From NCBI RefSeq assembly GCF_963921235.1, contig NC_086109.1, positions 25,360,001-25,424,000 on the forward strand: a DNA stretch of 64,000 bases, written 5' to 3'. The first letter of the stretch is position 1; every line of letters begins with the position of its first letter. A model generated the notes under the pieces. It had not been told where the DNA came from and searched no databases. It saw only the letters and a list, made by a program, of their open reading frames with translations. A program made the position numbers and the translations under genes. Positions 11,803 through 25,024 of this stretch are shown one piece after another. This DNA comes from Mobula hypostoma (lineage: Eukaryota).

Positions 11803-12447
11803 GTGTGAGGGGTTCGTTGCAGTGGACCTGGCCTCTGAAGGTGTTACCGAAGGTATGCAATCTACTTCACATCTTATATCCAACAAAGTAGAGTATTGTC
11901 CTTGTTTTTCAGGGTGATGAAGTGGGGATGAATTGGTGTTAACTAAGCCAAACACAAAGAAAAGCAGTTCTGAGGTTTTACTACTTAGCCTGGCAACACA
12001 TCACAGTTGGCTGAGAGGACACAGCTGAGCAACAGCAAATAGGAGATAATGGACATGGTATACCAATGGCAGTGAATTTCCTAGAGAACACAGAGGTGTT
12101 CATGTCTGTACTTCTGCATTTTGTCCGTCAGAGACAGGAAATTGTAGACTTGATAGCAAAATGATACACAACTTCCATCTTAGCCTCTCTGGATGTTATT
12201 GCAGCTTCCAAGAAACACACTACGAGGCGGTTCAATAAATACACTTGACTCAACGGGCTCAAATTGCATCCATTGCTAGATACAACCTGTGTGAAGTCCA
12301 CCGCTCTGCATTTACAGAGTCATGTCAGGCAAAGGCAGACAGCAAGCTGTGAGATGAGAGCAAAGGTGTATGAGGGACTCCTTGCAGTGGACCTGGCCTC
12401 TGAAGGTTCAACAGAAACAATGCAATCTACTTCACATCTCGTATGCC
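11803..12447 (+). repeat. Diverged ~78-bp direct repeat (11803-11880 and 12368-12447)
   Basis: Both copies share TTGCAGTGGACCTGGCCTCTGAAGGT and ATGCAATCTACTTCACATCT; spacing is 565 bp. Confidence 0.85.
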
Positions 12448-12626
12448 CAGTCCCCTGAGGACCTCAAAGAGCTGAAGTGGGTTATATTGATCTCTCTCAA
12501 GTTATTCTCACTTCACCTGTCAGTAGTGGCTTTCATTTATCTTAAATACATGTCACAGCTTGTAGCCCATGCACCACATGCTTATGGTGGGATAAAACAG
12601 GCCTCGCAGGAAGGGACCTCTCTGTG

Positions 12627-12990
12627 TCAATTGAAACCTATCGAATAGATCAGATGTGCAGAGGATGTTCCTACTGGTTGGGGAGTCTAGGACTAGGAGC
12701 AGCATTCAGAATAAAAAGGCATCCCTTTGGAAGAGAGAAGGGGAGGAATTTCTTCATCTAGTGAGTGGTGAATCTGTGGAATTCTTTGCCACAGATGGCT
12801 GTAGAGGCCAAGTCATTGGATATATTTAAAGTGGATCTGATAAGTTCTTGATTATTAAAGGCTCCAAAGGTTACAGGGAGAAGGTAGAAGAACGGGGGTG
12901 AGAGAGATAATGAATCAGCCATGATTGAAAGGCAGAGCAGACTCGATGAGCCAAATAGCTTAATTCTGCTCCTATATCATATAGTCTTAT
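12627..12990 (+). mobile_element. CR1 LINE 3' fragment
   Basis: Homologous to the CR1 ORF2 end and 3' UTR (gcagactcgatg.gcc.aat.gc..taattctgctccta). Confidence 0.75.
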
Positions 12991-13145
12991 AGTCATTAAA
13001 ATTTAAATATTTAAACACAGATATAAGACTTGGAGTACCTCAGATGTGAAGTGAGCATTTTTTTCTCTCTCTGAGCAAGTCCCCTTTCTTTTAAATTCCC
13101 GAACTGTAAAAATAAATTTCGCTTCCAATAATCCGCTACGACTCA

Positions 13146-13955
13146 TAAAATGCTGGAGGAACTCAAGCAGGTCAGGCAGCATGTATGGAAAGGAATAAAG
13201 AGTCAATATTTTGGGCTGCAACCCTTCATCAGGACTGGAAAGGAAGGGGGAAGAAGCCAGAGTAAGAAGGCGGGAGGAGGGGAAGGAGTACAAACTGAAA
13301 GGTGATAGATGAAGCCATGTGAGGGTGTGGGTAGGTGGGTGGGGAAGAGTTGAAGTGAGAAGCTGGGTGGTGATAGGTGGGAATGGTAAAGAGCTGAAGA
13401 AGAAGGAATTTCATAGCAGAGTAGAGTGGACAATGGGAGAAGGGGAAGGAGGAGGGGCACTAGAGGGAGGTGATAGGCAACTTCACACTTCAAACCCTCC
13501 TCTGCCCTCCTACCTTCCCCCTCACATAGCTTCACCTAAGATCCTCCAGATTGTATTCCATCCTCTCTCCTACCTTAACACGAGGAATTCTGCAGATGCT
13601 GGAAATTCAAGCAACACACATCAAAGTTGCTGGTGAATGCAGCAGGCCAGGCAGCATCTCTAGGAAGAGGTACAGTCGACGTTTTGGGCCGAGACTCTTC
13701 GTCAGGACTAACTGAAGGAAGAGCTAGTAAGAGATTTGAAAGTGGGAAGGGGAGGGAGAGATCCAAAATGATAGGAGAAGACAGGTTCTTATTTTAGCTT
13801 CTTCCCCCTTTCTTCCCAGTCCTGATGAAGGGTCTTGGCCTGCAACATCAATGCTTAATTTCTTTCCATAGAGACTGCCTAGCCTACTAAGTTTCTCCAG
13901 CATTTTATATGTGCTACTATAGATTTCCAGCATCTGCAGAATCTTTTGTGTTTAT
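13146..13955. mobile_element. Cluster of three PLE pseudo-LTR derivatives with degenerate hammerhead cores
   Basis: Minus copies at ~13146-13478 (core ~13208-13232) and ~13577-13783 (core ~13681-13705). Plus copy at ~13790-13955 (core from ~13822). Confidence 0.75.
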
Positions 13956-14119
13956 AATAATCTGGTACATTAGGTTTTGGTCATGCTGGACTAGCAGAGT
14001 TTCCAATCTACTGGATGCTATTTTGTTAGCATGCCATTATACTTTTAAATAGTATTTTTTTTAAAGATATTGCACAGATTTGCCTATCACATGTTGTGAT
14101 GTGATCTGGACCAGCTGGA

Positions 14120-14990
14120 AAAATGAGCTGAAAAATGGTAGATGGAATTTAATGTTGACATTTACTGTGCATGTCCTACTCTGGTGGTCCTGCACTTTGG
14201 CAAGATAAACCAGGATAGGACTTACTCAGTAAGGAACTGAGGTGTAAGGTATATCAAAAGGATTTGGAAATACAGATCTATAGTTCACTGAAAGTGGCAT
14301 CACAGGTTGTAAAAGAGAGCTTCTGGCACGTTGACCTTCATAAATCAGTGTACTGAACACAGGAGATGGAATGCTATGTTGAAGTCGTACAAGAGGCTAA
14401 ATTTGTAGCATTGTGTGCAGTTCTGGTCACTCACCTACAGGAAAGATATAAGTAAGCTTGAAAGAGTACAGACAAAAGTTATAGGAATATTGCCGGGACT
14501 TGAAACCTGCATTATAGGGAGAGGTTAAATAGGTTAGGACTTTATTCTCCAGAGTGCAGGAGAATGAAGGGAGATCTTATAGAGGTATATACCATTATGA
14601 GGAGAATAAATAATAAGAATAGAGTAATAAAATAATAAAAATAGAATAAATACAAGCAGGCTTCCCCCCACCCCCCCACCCCTGAGTCAGAGTGAGGTTA
14701 GAACTGGAGGTCATAGGTTTGGCATGAGAGGTGAAATATTTAAAGGGGAAACTGAGGGGGAGATTCTTCACTCGGGCTGGTGCGAATGTGGAACAAGCTG
14801 CAGCAGAAGTAGAAGATGCAGGGTCAATTGCAGCATTCAAGAGAAGTTTGGATGAATAGCTACATGGGATGGAAGAGGTATGGGGGGCTATGTTCCAAGC
14901 GTGGGTAGACAGGATTAGGCAGACAAATAGATTGGCATGGACTAGATGGTCCAAACAGTCTGTTTCTATGCTGCAGAGCTCTATGAATCC
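14120..14990 (+). mobile_element. Decayed CR1 LINE 3' portion
   Basis: Remnants of W..KWQMEFN, YCVQFWSP and LERVQ motifs, plus a CR1-type 3' UTR. Confidence 0.7.
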
Positions 14991-16169
14991 ATTATTATAG
15001 AAGCATTTTAGTGAACCTGGTAAGTTTGAATGGAGTGCAGGAAGTGGAGCCCAGTGGTCCAGGTGAGTGTATGGAGAATGTAAGAAATAGGCCCTTCATC
15101 TCTCTCTCTCTCTCTCTCTCTTCAAAAGCACAGTTCATAGGGGTAATTCAGGACCCCATCACAGAGTAAATGAGTGTGCTAGAAGGAAGGTGGCATAACA
15201 ATTTGTTGCAATTTTCCAGCATGGGATTTGAAGCACTATCAATTGGAAAATTATTTCATGAGGTCTGCAGCAAACACTGTTCAAACATTATTAATCATAA
15301 CAGGTACTTCCAAGACCAAGATCTGTCATTGCATTGGTCCCATTAGAAAATATTGAAGCAATATTTTGTTGCTTTACAGATTTTGAAGTTTTGTCCTGAG
15401 AGAAACAGCAGGTGAGGTTTGATATCCAGCCATCCGCAATGGGTATCCACGAGCTTCCTGCGGAGGAAGGCATGTCGAAGGCTCTGTTGGGGTTAGGATT
15501 TTCAGGTCCATACAAGTTGTGACATAGGGTAGATATCGTTTAATTGAAAACGAACGGCTTGTGACATGAGGTAGAACCTTGACATCAGACCTGATAACTG
15601 CTGAAGACATCATCAGAGCAAATTCACTGAAAAGTCTTCAACGCCACCATTGATACATCTGCCACACTTTGCAATGTCAACATTAATAAGCTTCACTTTC
15701 TTCTCCACACTTTGAACTGCAGTTACTAGAGATATTGAGAGGTCAGTGTTTAATCTATCTTTGCAAATTCTATGGCGTCAATTCCTATAAAAAAAGAGGG
15801 GGTAAATTTTTATGTTTACCAATGTCTTCACCTGTTGGATTCATTTAATTTGTGTTCTGTTTTAATGAATGCTCAAACAGAACACACATGAATTCAAAAG
15901 AAACATAAGGAACAGGAACAGCAATAATAAAAAAAGTCTCCACACAGCACATACCCTATCCAACCCCATGCCTCTTTCAATATAATTACATTTATAATTT
16001 GCCATAATGAATTTCCTCAATGACCAGAGACCTATCATTCCGTCTGAATATACCTAACAACCGAGCATCCACACCATTCAATATCCTCCCCTGAAGAAAT
16101 CTCTCTTTATCTCAGCAGCAAATGACTGTTGTTATCTTAAGATTATATTCCCAATTTCTAACCTCTACA

Positions 16170-18580
16170 GAATCCAAAGCAGGTTTATTACCACTGGCTC
16201 ATAAATCATGAAATTTATTGCTTTGTGGCAGTTGTACAACGCAAAGACATAAAATTACCACAGATCACAAATTAAATAGTGCAAAAAAGAGGAATAATGA
16301 AGTGGTGTTCACTTGATTCATCGACCACTCAAAAACTTGATATCAGAGAGGGAAAAGCTGCTCTTAAATCATAGAAAGTGGGTCTTCAGCCTCCTGTATT
16401 TATTGATTACAAACTGTGCAAATACAAATCAGGAGGAGGAAAGTGGAAATTCATGAGCCAGTCCTCATCAGGGAATCAGAGGTGGAGAGGGTCTGCGACT
16501 TCAAATTCCTCGGTGTTATCACTTCAGGTTATCCGTGCTAGGTCCAGTATGCAAGTGCAATTAGACAAAAACACGGCAGCACCTCTACTTACACAAAAGT
16601 TTGCGAAATTTTGGTATGACATCTAAAACGTTGACAAATGTCTATAGATGTGTGGTATATTGACTGGTTGCATCATGGCCTGATATGGAAACACCAATGC
16701 CCTTGAACAGAAAAATCCTACAAAAAAGTAGTTGATTTGGCCTAGTCCATCATGGGTAAAGCCCTCCCCACAATTGAGCACACCTACATTGGAGCAAGGC
16801 AGCAGCATACATAAGCAAGGACCCCCACCACCCAGGACATGCTGTCTTCTCACTGCTGTCATCAGGAAGAAGGTACTGGAGCCTCAGCACTCAAACCACC
16901 AGATTGAGGAACAGTTATAGACTCTTTATCTCATATTTTCAATATTTATTGATTATTTATTTATTATTATTTCTTTTTGTATTTGCGCAGTTTGTTGTCT
17001 TTTGATATTGATTGTTTGTCGATCCTGTTGGGGGAGATCTTTCAATGATTTTTTTTGTGTATCATATAAATACTTTGCTAACAAATTCATTTTGAGCATA
17101 GAACTTTAGAAAGCCCTCCACTGTACATCTATAGAAATATGTAAGAGTCTTTAGTGATGTATCAAATTTCCTCAAATTCCTAACAAGTGGAGCTGCTAGC
17201 ATGCCTTCTTCATTACACCACCAATGTGTAGGGGTTAGGATACATCTTCCTAAATTTTGATGTTCAGAACCATGAAGCTGCTTACTGCTTCCACCCCTGA
17301 CTATTTAACGAGGACTGGTGTGCATTCTCCTGCCTTCCCCTTTTTGAAGATCACAATCACCTGTAACTTTAACCTCTCACTTTGGCAGTCTGAGGTACCT
17401 ACCTGTTTCAAGCAGGCTTCAGTTATACCGGTGCCTCAGAAGAACGTGGTAACCTGTCTCAATGACTATCATCCAGTAGCACTTACATCCACTGTGACGA
17501 AGTGTTTTGAGAGGTTGCTGATGAAACATATCAACTCCTGCCTGAAATGCAGCTTGAATCTACTCCAGTTTGCCCACCAGCACAACAAGTCTTCAGCAAA
17601 TGCCCTTCCATTGGCTCTTCACTCAAGATTGGAACATCTAGACAGCAAAGGGGCATGCATCAGGATGCTCTTTGTCGATTACAGCTTGGCATTCAATACT
17701 ATCATTCACTCCAAACTAATCAATAAACTTCAAGACCTTTGCCTCAATACCTCCTTGTGTAATTAGATCCTCAATTTCCTAAATTGCAGACCCTAGTCAT
17801 TTCAGATTGGCAGCTACATCTCTTTCACAATCTCAGTCATCACAGCTGCACCACAAGGCTGTGTGATTCGCTCCTAGCTCTTCTTACTTTATACTTATGA
17901 CTGTGAGGATAAGCACAGCAACAATGCCATATTTAAGTTTGCTGACGACACCACTGTTGTTGGCTGAATCAAAGGTGATGATGAATCAGCATTTAGGAGG
18001 GAGATTTTTTTGATATTATCATTTCAGAAGACTTGTCTTGGGCCCAACACAAGATTGCAATTATGAAGAAACCATGGCAGCACCTCTACTTCCTCAGAAG
18101 TTTGAGAAGATTTGGCATAACATCTAAAACTCTGACAAATTTCTATAGATATGTGCTGGAGGGTGTATCCTGGCCTGCTATGGAAACACCAATGCCTTTG
18201 AACGGAAAATCCTATAAAAAATAATGGACATGGCCCCGTCCATCACAGGTAAAGCCATCCCTGGCATTGTGCATATCTACACAGAATGCAGTCGCTGGAA
18301 GCAGCATCCATCATCAAGGACCCCTACCAGCCAGGCCATGCTACAGGAGCCTCAGATACAGGAGCCTCAGGACCCACACCTTCAGGTTAAGGAACAGTTA
18401 TTACTCCTCAACCGTTAGGCTCTTGAACCAGTGAGGGTAACTTTACTCAACTTCACTCGCCCTATTACTGAAATGTTCCCACAACCTATGGACTCACTTT
18501 CAAGGACTCTTCATCTCATGTTCTTGATACTTATTGCTTATTGTTTTTTATTTTTATTTCTTTTTTCCTTCTTTTGCCAT
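16170..18580. mobile_element. Cluster of Rex1/Babar LINE fragments (plus 16425-17105, minus 17115-17360, plus 17365-18580)
   Basis: PTCFKQASVIPVP..CLNDYHPVALTS..KCFERL, MLFVDYSLAFNTI and KFADD motifs, with many stops. Confidence 0.8.
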
Positions 18581-18634
18581 TCTGTAAGGAGTTTCTGTAT
18601 GTCCTCCCTGTGGAAAGCGTATGTTTCCCATGGG

Positions 18635-19374
18635 AAACACTTCTATATATTCTATATATTCTATATATTGGCAAGCTTCACCTGCAAGTCGGCTGGGGTG
18701 ATATACTGCATCCGGTGCTCCCGATGTGGCCTTCTATATATTGGCGAGACCCAATGTAGACTGGGAGACCGCTTTGCTGAACACCTACGCTCTGTCCGCC
18801 AGAGAAAGCAGGATCTCCCAGTGGCCACACATTTTAATTCCACATCCCATTCCCTTTCTGACATGTCTATCCATGGCCTCCTCTACTGTAAAGATGAAGC
18901 CACACTCAGGTTGGAGGAACAACATCTTATATTCCATCTGGGTAGCCTCCAACCTGATGGCATGAACATTGACTTCTCTAACATCCGCTAATGCCCCACC
19001 TCCCCCTCGTACCCCATGTGTTATTTATTTTTATACACACATTCTTTAACTCACTCTCCTTTTTCTCCCTCTGTCCCTCTGACTATACCCCTTGCCCATC
19101 CTCTGGTTCCCCCCGCTTTCCTTCTCCCTGAGCCTCCTGTCCCACGATCCTCTCATATCCCCTTTGCCAATCACCTGTCCAGCTCTTGGCTCCATCCCTC
19201 CCCCTCCTGTCTTCTCCTATCATTTTGGATCTCCCCCTCCCCATCCCACTTTCAAATCTCTTACTATCTCTTCTTTCAGTTAGTCCTGATGAAGGGTCTC
19301 GGCCTGAAACGTCGACTTTACCTCTTCCTAGAGATGCTGCCTGGCCTGCTGCGTACACCAGCAACTTTGATGTG
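18635..19374 (+). mobile_element. Neptune-type PLE fragment inserted into a V-SINE
   Basis: GIY-YIG peptide VIYCIRCSRCGLLYIGETQCRLGDRFAEH..GMNIDFSNIR*. 13-bp TSD TGTTTCCCATGGG at 18622-18634 and 19375-19387. V-SINE sequence lies on both sides. Confidence 0.85.
19281..19317 (+). ncRNA. Minimal type I hammerhead ribozyme (PLE type), intact core
   Basis: AGUC-CUGAUGA (19286-19292)-AGGGUCUCGGCCU-GAAAC (19306-19310)-GUC^GACU. Predicted cut after 19313. Confidence 0.75.
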
Positions 19375-20069
19375 TGTTTCCCATGGGTGCCTGGGTTTTC
19401 TCCCAGTGCTAAGATGTATCTGGAAGGTTAATTGGTCCTTGTAAATTGTCCTGTGATTAGGTAAGGGTTAATCAGACTTGTGGGCTGGTGGTGCAGCACG
19501 GCTTGAATGGCTGGAAGGGCATACTCCATGTTATAACTCTAAGTAAAAATAAAATAATTAAGTATTCGCTCAGTTTGCTGTCATCAGCACATTGGCTCTT
19601 TATTCTGTAGGATGAAGACATCATTGATTCTATTATGTTTCTTGGATTTACTGAGTATGCCCGCAAGAAAACAAATCTCAGGACTGTGTATGGTAACACA
19701 TATGTAGTTTGATAATAAACTTCCTTTGAACTTTGATCTTTGAACTGAGTGCAGCACATACCAGCACTTCATTCAGGACCAGTACCTTGGGCTACTATTG
19801 GGCTCCGCACACCTGAAGCAGAGCATGGTGGGTAGCCAACTGAGCATTCATCAGATGTAGCTACCTCCTCATGCACAGAGGCACGGGGGGAAGGGTTCCA
19901 AGCAAATCATGCTCTAAAATAGTCTAGCCAGCATCTTCGCGAAAGGACATCCTGAGCAAAAAATAAAGGCGTATATGATATTAGATGATCAGAGCAATTT
20001 GTCTTTGGCAACATCAACATTCTTTGACACATTCAGTATTCAAAGTTCTGTACCCCCATTTCACCCTAA

Positions 20070-22240
20070 AGATCTGTTCTGGGACAACAGAAGACGCTGG
20101 TAGAAAAGCCAGTGGATTTGTCATGGAGTCAATTGGAGAGGAGGACTGCTTACGTTCGGCAACCCTCATTGAGTGTGACCATACTCCCAACAACATGGAT
20201 GAATTCTCAACTCCTGAAGCTGCACTCAGTCATTCACATCTTTTGGCCATACCTGACAAGATTCCACCCCCCCCCCCATACTTCTGCTGAGATTCTCCTG
20301 TTGTGTGGCAGAAAGATCATCCATGCACATAATGGGAAGACTGGAATGACTGGCACAATGCACATCATGCCCTGCCATGGGACTTGGGTTGTGTCACAAT
20401 GGGTGAAGCCTGGCTTGATATTGTTCATCAGCCCACTGTCGGTATACTTCAGACGAATGTCTTGTAGAATGGTTGCCCAAATCCTTTCAGACCCTGTGAG
20501 AATAGAATCTTTATGAAAGAGGAGATTGTAGATAAGCAAACCAAGCGCCTGACCTGCTTAGCTCTGTTCAACCTGATTTAGGCAAGCTGATCTTCTGTCA
20601 TTTGGAAGATGAATATTAGTGGGCACCTTCCAAAGAGGATGTTGTCTTCCTTTGAATCATGAACACAGAGCTTTGCAAAGACAAATCAAACAGCTGGGCA
20701 GCTCCCCTTCCTTTCCGCTCTTCAGGAAAACTCCTACCAAACAGCAGAGACAAGGGCTCAGTCAATTCACGTCCCTTTGTCGCACATTGAGAAGCAAACC
20801 AAAAATGAAAGGTCGTTACACAGAATTCATGAGAGTCTCTTCAGGAATAGTCATGCTGAATTAGCGCCTCCACCAGACACCAATAAGAAAACTGGCTTTT
20901 GCTCTACTTTGGTGTTTACCACCTCAGAAAACTGCACAAATATGAATTGTCTTTGATCTGAGCGTGCCTTTCCAAGGCATATCACTGAACACTGTGCTTT
21001 TGAGGTGTTCAGAGCTTGATAACAGACTGCTCAGGGTCCTCAAGTGCTTCAAGTCTGAGTCTGTCGCAGTGATGGCAAGCGTTGAACAAATGTTCCACAG
21101 CTTCCCAGTGAGAAAGGATCATCACCACTACCTCAGATTCTTGTGGTTCCATGATCACCGACTGGACAATGAGATTCTGGAGTACCTCATGAAAGGTCAT
21201 GGATTTGGTAACCTTCTCTTACCAGCTGTGGCAATCTGTGGCCATAAGAGGACAGCTATCAAGGGAGAGAAGGAATTTTGGACTGAAGTACTGAGGTACA
21301 CAGAAAGCCATTTCAATGCTGATGATGGTTTTCAATCGTTTTCTAGTGCAGAAGAAGCAGTCAGCATGCTAAAAGCAGCACAGGATACGTTGGCGCAGTC
21401 TAATCCCAGAAGCATAAGATCACATCCAACAGTGCTAAGGTCATGTGATGTTTCCCATCCGAAGATCTGGCCAAAGAACTACAGATTCTTGATCTTGGAC
21501 AGGACCTCCCTCCTGTGAAGTCCAGCCTGGACCTCATTAGTGGCACCTTTACTTTCCAGGTCACTGATACCGAAAGGCCCATTATATGTCATGGTGTGCC
21601 ATTGACTATCAGCAGCCTATTTGACTATTGTGGATTTGCAGCTCCAGTCAGTATCCAGGGACATTTCACGTTAAGAGAGTTGACCTCAGACACTTGTGGA
21701 TGGGATGTTCCAAAGAGGAACATGAGCAGTGGTACCAGTGGTGTTCTTCCATTCAGGATCTTAAACGATTGAAGATTCCAAAAATCTACACAACATCTGC
21801 AGCTCAAAAGAAAGAGCTCTGAATCTTCTGTGAGGTGTCAATGAAAGCTATTGCTGCTGTTGCGTACCTGAAGGTCACAGATTATGCTGGATATCGTGAA
21901 GGTGGAGTCAACTTGGGGAAGGCAAAGCTTGCTCCCAAACCAGATTTTGGTGGAGATGGTAACCAAAGAGCTGGACACGGAACTAGATGACATCAAGTTC
22001 TTTACCAACACAAGGTTGTGCTTGTGATATATTGAATGAAATAAGGAGATTCTGTGTTTATGTATACAATAGGATCCAATGTATCAGGTGTTCAACTAAG
22101 AAGATCCAATGAAACTACATTCCTACTGATCTCAACCCAGATGATCATGTCACAAGAGGGCACCAAGCTGATCAGCTCACCCTCTCCTCATGATTAACTG
22201 GTCCAGACTTTCTTGCTAATCCCTACCAGGAGCGTCATCA
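20070..22240 (+). mobile_element. Decayed BEL/Pao LTR retrotransposon internal fragment (linker, RT, RNase H)
   Basis: GISLNTVLL..LDNRLLRVL..VAVMASVEQMFHSF.V..DHHHYLRFLW..FGN..PAVA is a Pao-type RT. EL.IFC.VS.KAIAAVAYL near 21815-21870 and YIPTDLNPDDHVTRG near 22115-22160. Many frameshifts; no LTRs seen. Confidence 0.85.
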
Positions 22241-22659
22241 AGGTCAGTATTTTTTTAGAATGAGAATGGTTAAAGACTATAGTAAGACTGTTTTCAAGAC
22301 CGTTCTCTGAGAGTGCATTCTTTTCCCAAAGACTTAATGAAACTGTCATTTGACTTTAAGTTTCAGTAGTTAAGTTTGACATTCTAAGGATGCCAGTCAC
22401 AAAGTATTCTGTCATCTCAAGGTGCAGCTCGTTTTCTAAAAACATCACTTCCTGCACAGGTTAATTTAGATTCAACTTGAAACACACGGTGGAAAAATCT
22501 CCATCCTCTCTATATTTCCCCTTGAAACAGCAATATCTTTTCACAAGTAAGATCTTACTAAAAATTCTGAAGGCAGCTTCCATCTTAGGTGATTTTTGAG
22601 AAGGTTTTTAACTCACTACATTAGCTTTGCACATACGCAATATGAGAGCAGTAGGTAGA

Positions 22660-24240
22660 CAATCTGTCTCATTCCTGTAGGCCCCTTCATCCTCATCTGA
22701 GATTCTACCGGCAACAATGGCATCATTGGTGAACTTACCGGTGGCGCCTAAGCTGTGCTTAACCACAAGCGTCATGAGTGCAGAGGGAGTAGAGAAGTTT
22801 GCTCCCTTAAGGTGCTATGTTTTAATTGATTGGGAAGGAGACAGTATTACTAATCCCCACGACTGTGATCTCTCGTTAAAGAGGAAATAGATGCAGAGGC
22901 CCAGATTTTGAAGCTTGTTGTTTAATACTGATGGGATGATGGTGTTAAATGCTGGGCTGCAACCAATAAACTCCAGACTATCATATGTTTTGCTGTAGTC
23001 TAGTTGCTGCAAAGCAGAGTGGAGGGACAATGAGTTTGCTCTGCTGTAGACCTATTGTAGGGAGTAGGCAAATTATAGCAGGTTCAGGTCCCCGCTCAGG
23101 CAAGAGTTACTTCTAGCCATGACCAATGTCTCAAAGCACTTCTTCAAAATAGATGTGAGTGCTTTTGGGTGATGATCATTAAGGCAGTCCATGCTGTTCT
23201 TCTCGGACACTGGTATAATTGTTGCCTTTTTGAAGCAAGTGGGAAACTCAGACTACAGCACTGACATGGTGAAAATGTCCGTGAACACTCTAGCCAGTTG
23301 TTCAGCACAGGTTACCAGCACCCAGCCAGCTACTCTCCCCTTCAAAGCATGTATAAAAGGTGTTGAACTCATTGAGGGGGAAGCTTCAGTGCCACTTATG
23401 CTGTTGGGTTCCGCCTTACAAGAAGTATTGGCATGCACACCCACAGCACAGTTGCCGTGCGTCCAATTCTGTTTTTAATTTCACACAGAATTGCCTTTTT
23501 GCTCTTAAGATGACGTTCCATAGGTTGTACCTGGACTTTATATTTATAGTTTATACTTTATACCTTAAAGACTTCTTGTAGCCTCTAGTCTTGAATGCCA
23601 CATCTGGTGCTCAGCAGAATGCAGATCTCCAAGTTCATCCAAGGCTTCTGGTTTGGGAATCTCAGTATGCTCTCAAAGGAACACACTCATCATTGCAGTC
23701 ATTGACAAACCTCTGAATATGGTTCACTGTACCAATTTAAAGCCCTGTAAGCTCTTCTTAAAGTTCAAAGTAATTTTATTATAGAAGTACATATATGTCA
23801 CCATATACAACCTATAGATTCATTTTCTTGTGGGCATTCTCAATCATTCCACAACAGAATAATAACCATAACAGAACCAATGAAAAACTGCACCAACTTG
23901 GGTATTCAACCAGTGTGTAAAAGACAACAAACTGTGCCAAAACAAAAAGAAATAAGCAGTAATAATAATAATAATAATAATAAATAAGCAATAAATATTG
24001 AGAACATGAGATGAAGAGTTTTGTGAAAGTGAGTCCATCGTTTGTGGGAACATTATGATGATGGGGCAAGTGAAGTTGAGTGAAGTTATCCCCTTTGGTT
24101 CAAGAGCCTGATGGTTGAGAGGTAATTACCTATTCCTGAACCTGGCGGTGTGAGACCTGAGAGTCCTGCACCTTCTTCCTGATGGCAGCAACGGGAAGAG
24201 AGCATGTCCTGGGTGGTGGGGGTCCCTGATGACGGATGTG
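22660..24240 (-). mobile_element. Rex1/Babar LINE fragments (internal 22660-23740 and a separate 3' end 23760-24240)
   Basis: CAEQLARVFTDIF, AFNTIIPSVL..KLQNLG and DPHHPGHALFPLLPSGRR peptides; (TAA)n at ~23960-23985. Confidence 0.75.
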
Positions 24241-25024
24241 TCTCCACCTCTCTTGACCATATATTTGCCGTCCTCCACTGGTGCTGCAGTCCTCAGTATC
24301 CGTCTAAATGGCAGGAATACAAGTTTAGCCAGGTGAGCTATCTGGGGTAAACAGAAACACAGCATTAACCTTCTAAGAATTTTGCATGTTTCATTGACTC
24401 CCTTGCACTCCAGAAAATACATGTCAGTTTTACTCAATCTAGCTTTACTGAGCAATTAAGTGACAATCTAATGAACTTCTGTTGCATCCATCCCTACATA
24501 TAAAAGCCTCCCACTTGTTGGATGTTGTACTACCCACAAAAGCAGCCTCTCCCAATTGAATTTCACCAGGTTCTGCTTTATGTTATTTCTCCAAGTTAAA
24601 TACCACTTGGGGTAAAAAAAAACAATATAGAGAGAGTGGGAGGCAAAGGAAATGCAATCTGGCTGAGGGATTTCAATGTTTGATAACCAATAGAGGCCAA
24701 GATCAAAACAACATCCAGAACACTACATATGGTCTCACCAAAACACAATATAATTGCAGAGAGATTTCATATATACTCCAATTCCCTTTCAATAAGAGCA
24801 GCATGCAATTTGCCTTAAAATGTTTTCTGCGCCAACTTAATTTTCTGTGATTTTTACGAAAGGATGTTCAAGTTCCTCTAAATACCAATATTTATCCTAT
24901 TTTCATGTTGCAATAAGACATTTTGTTTGAAGGCACAAGAGACTATGGATGTGAGTTCTTGGAGCAACAGACTACCTACTGGAGGAACTCAGTAGGCTGA
25001 GCAGCAAATATTTTGTTTTCTCAA

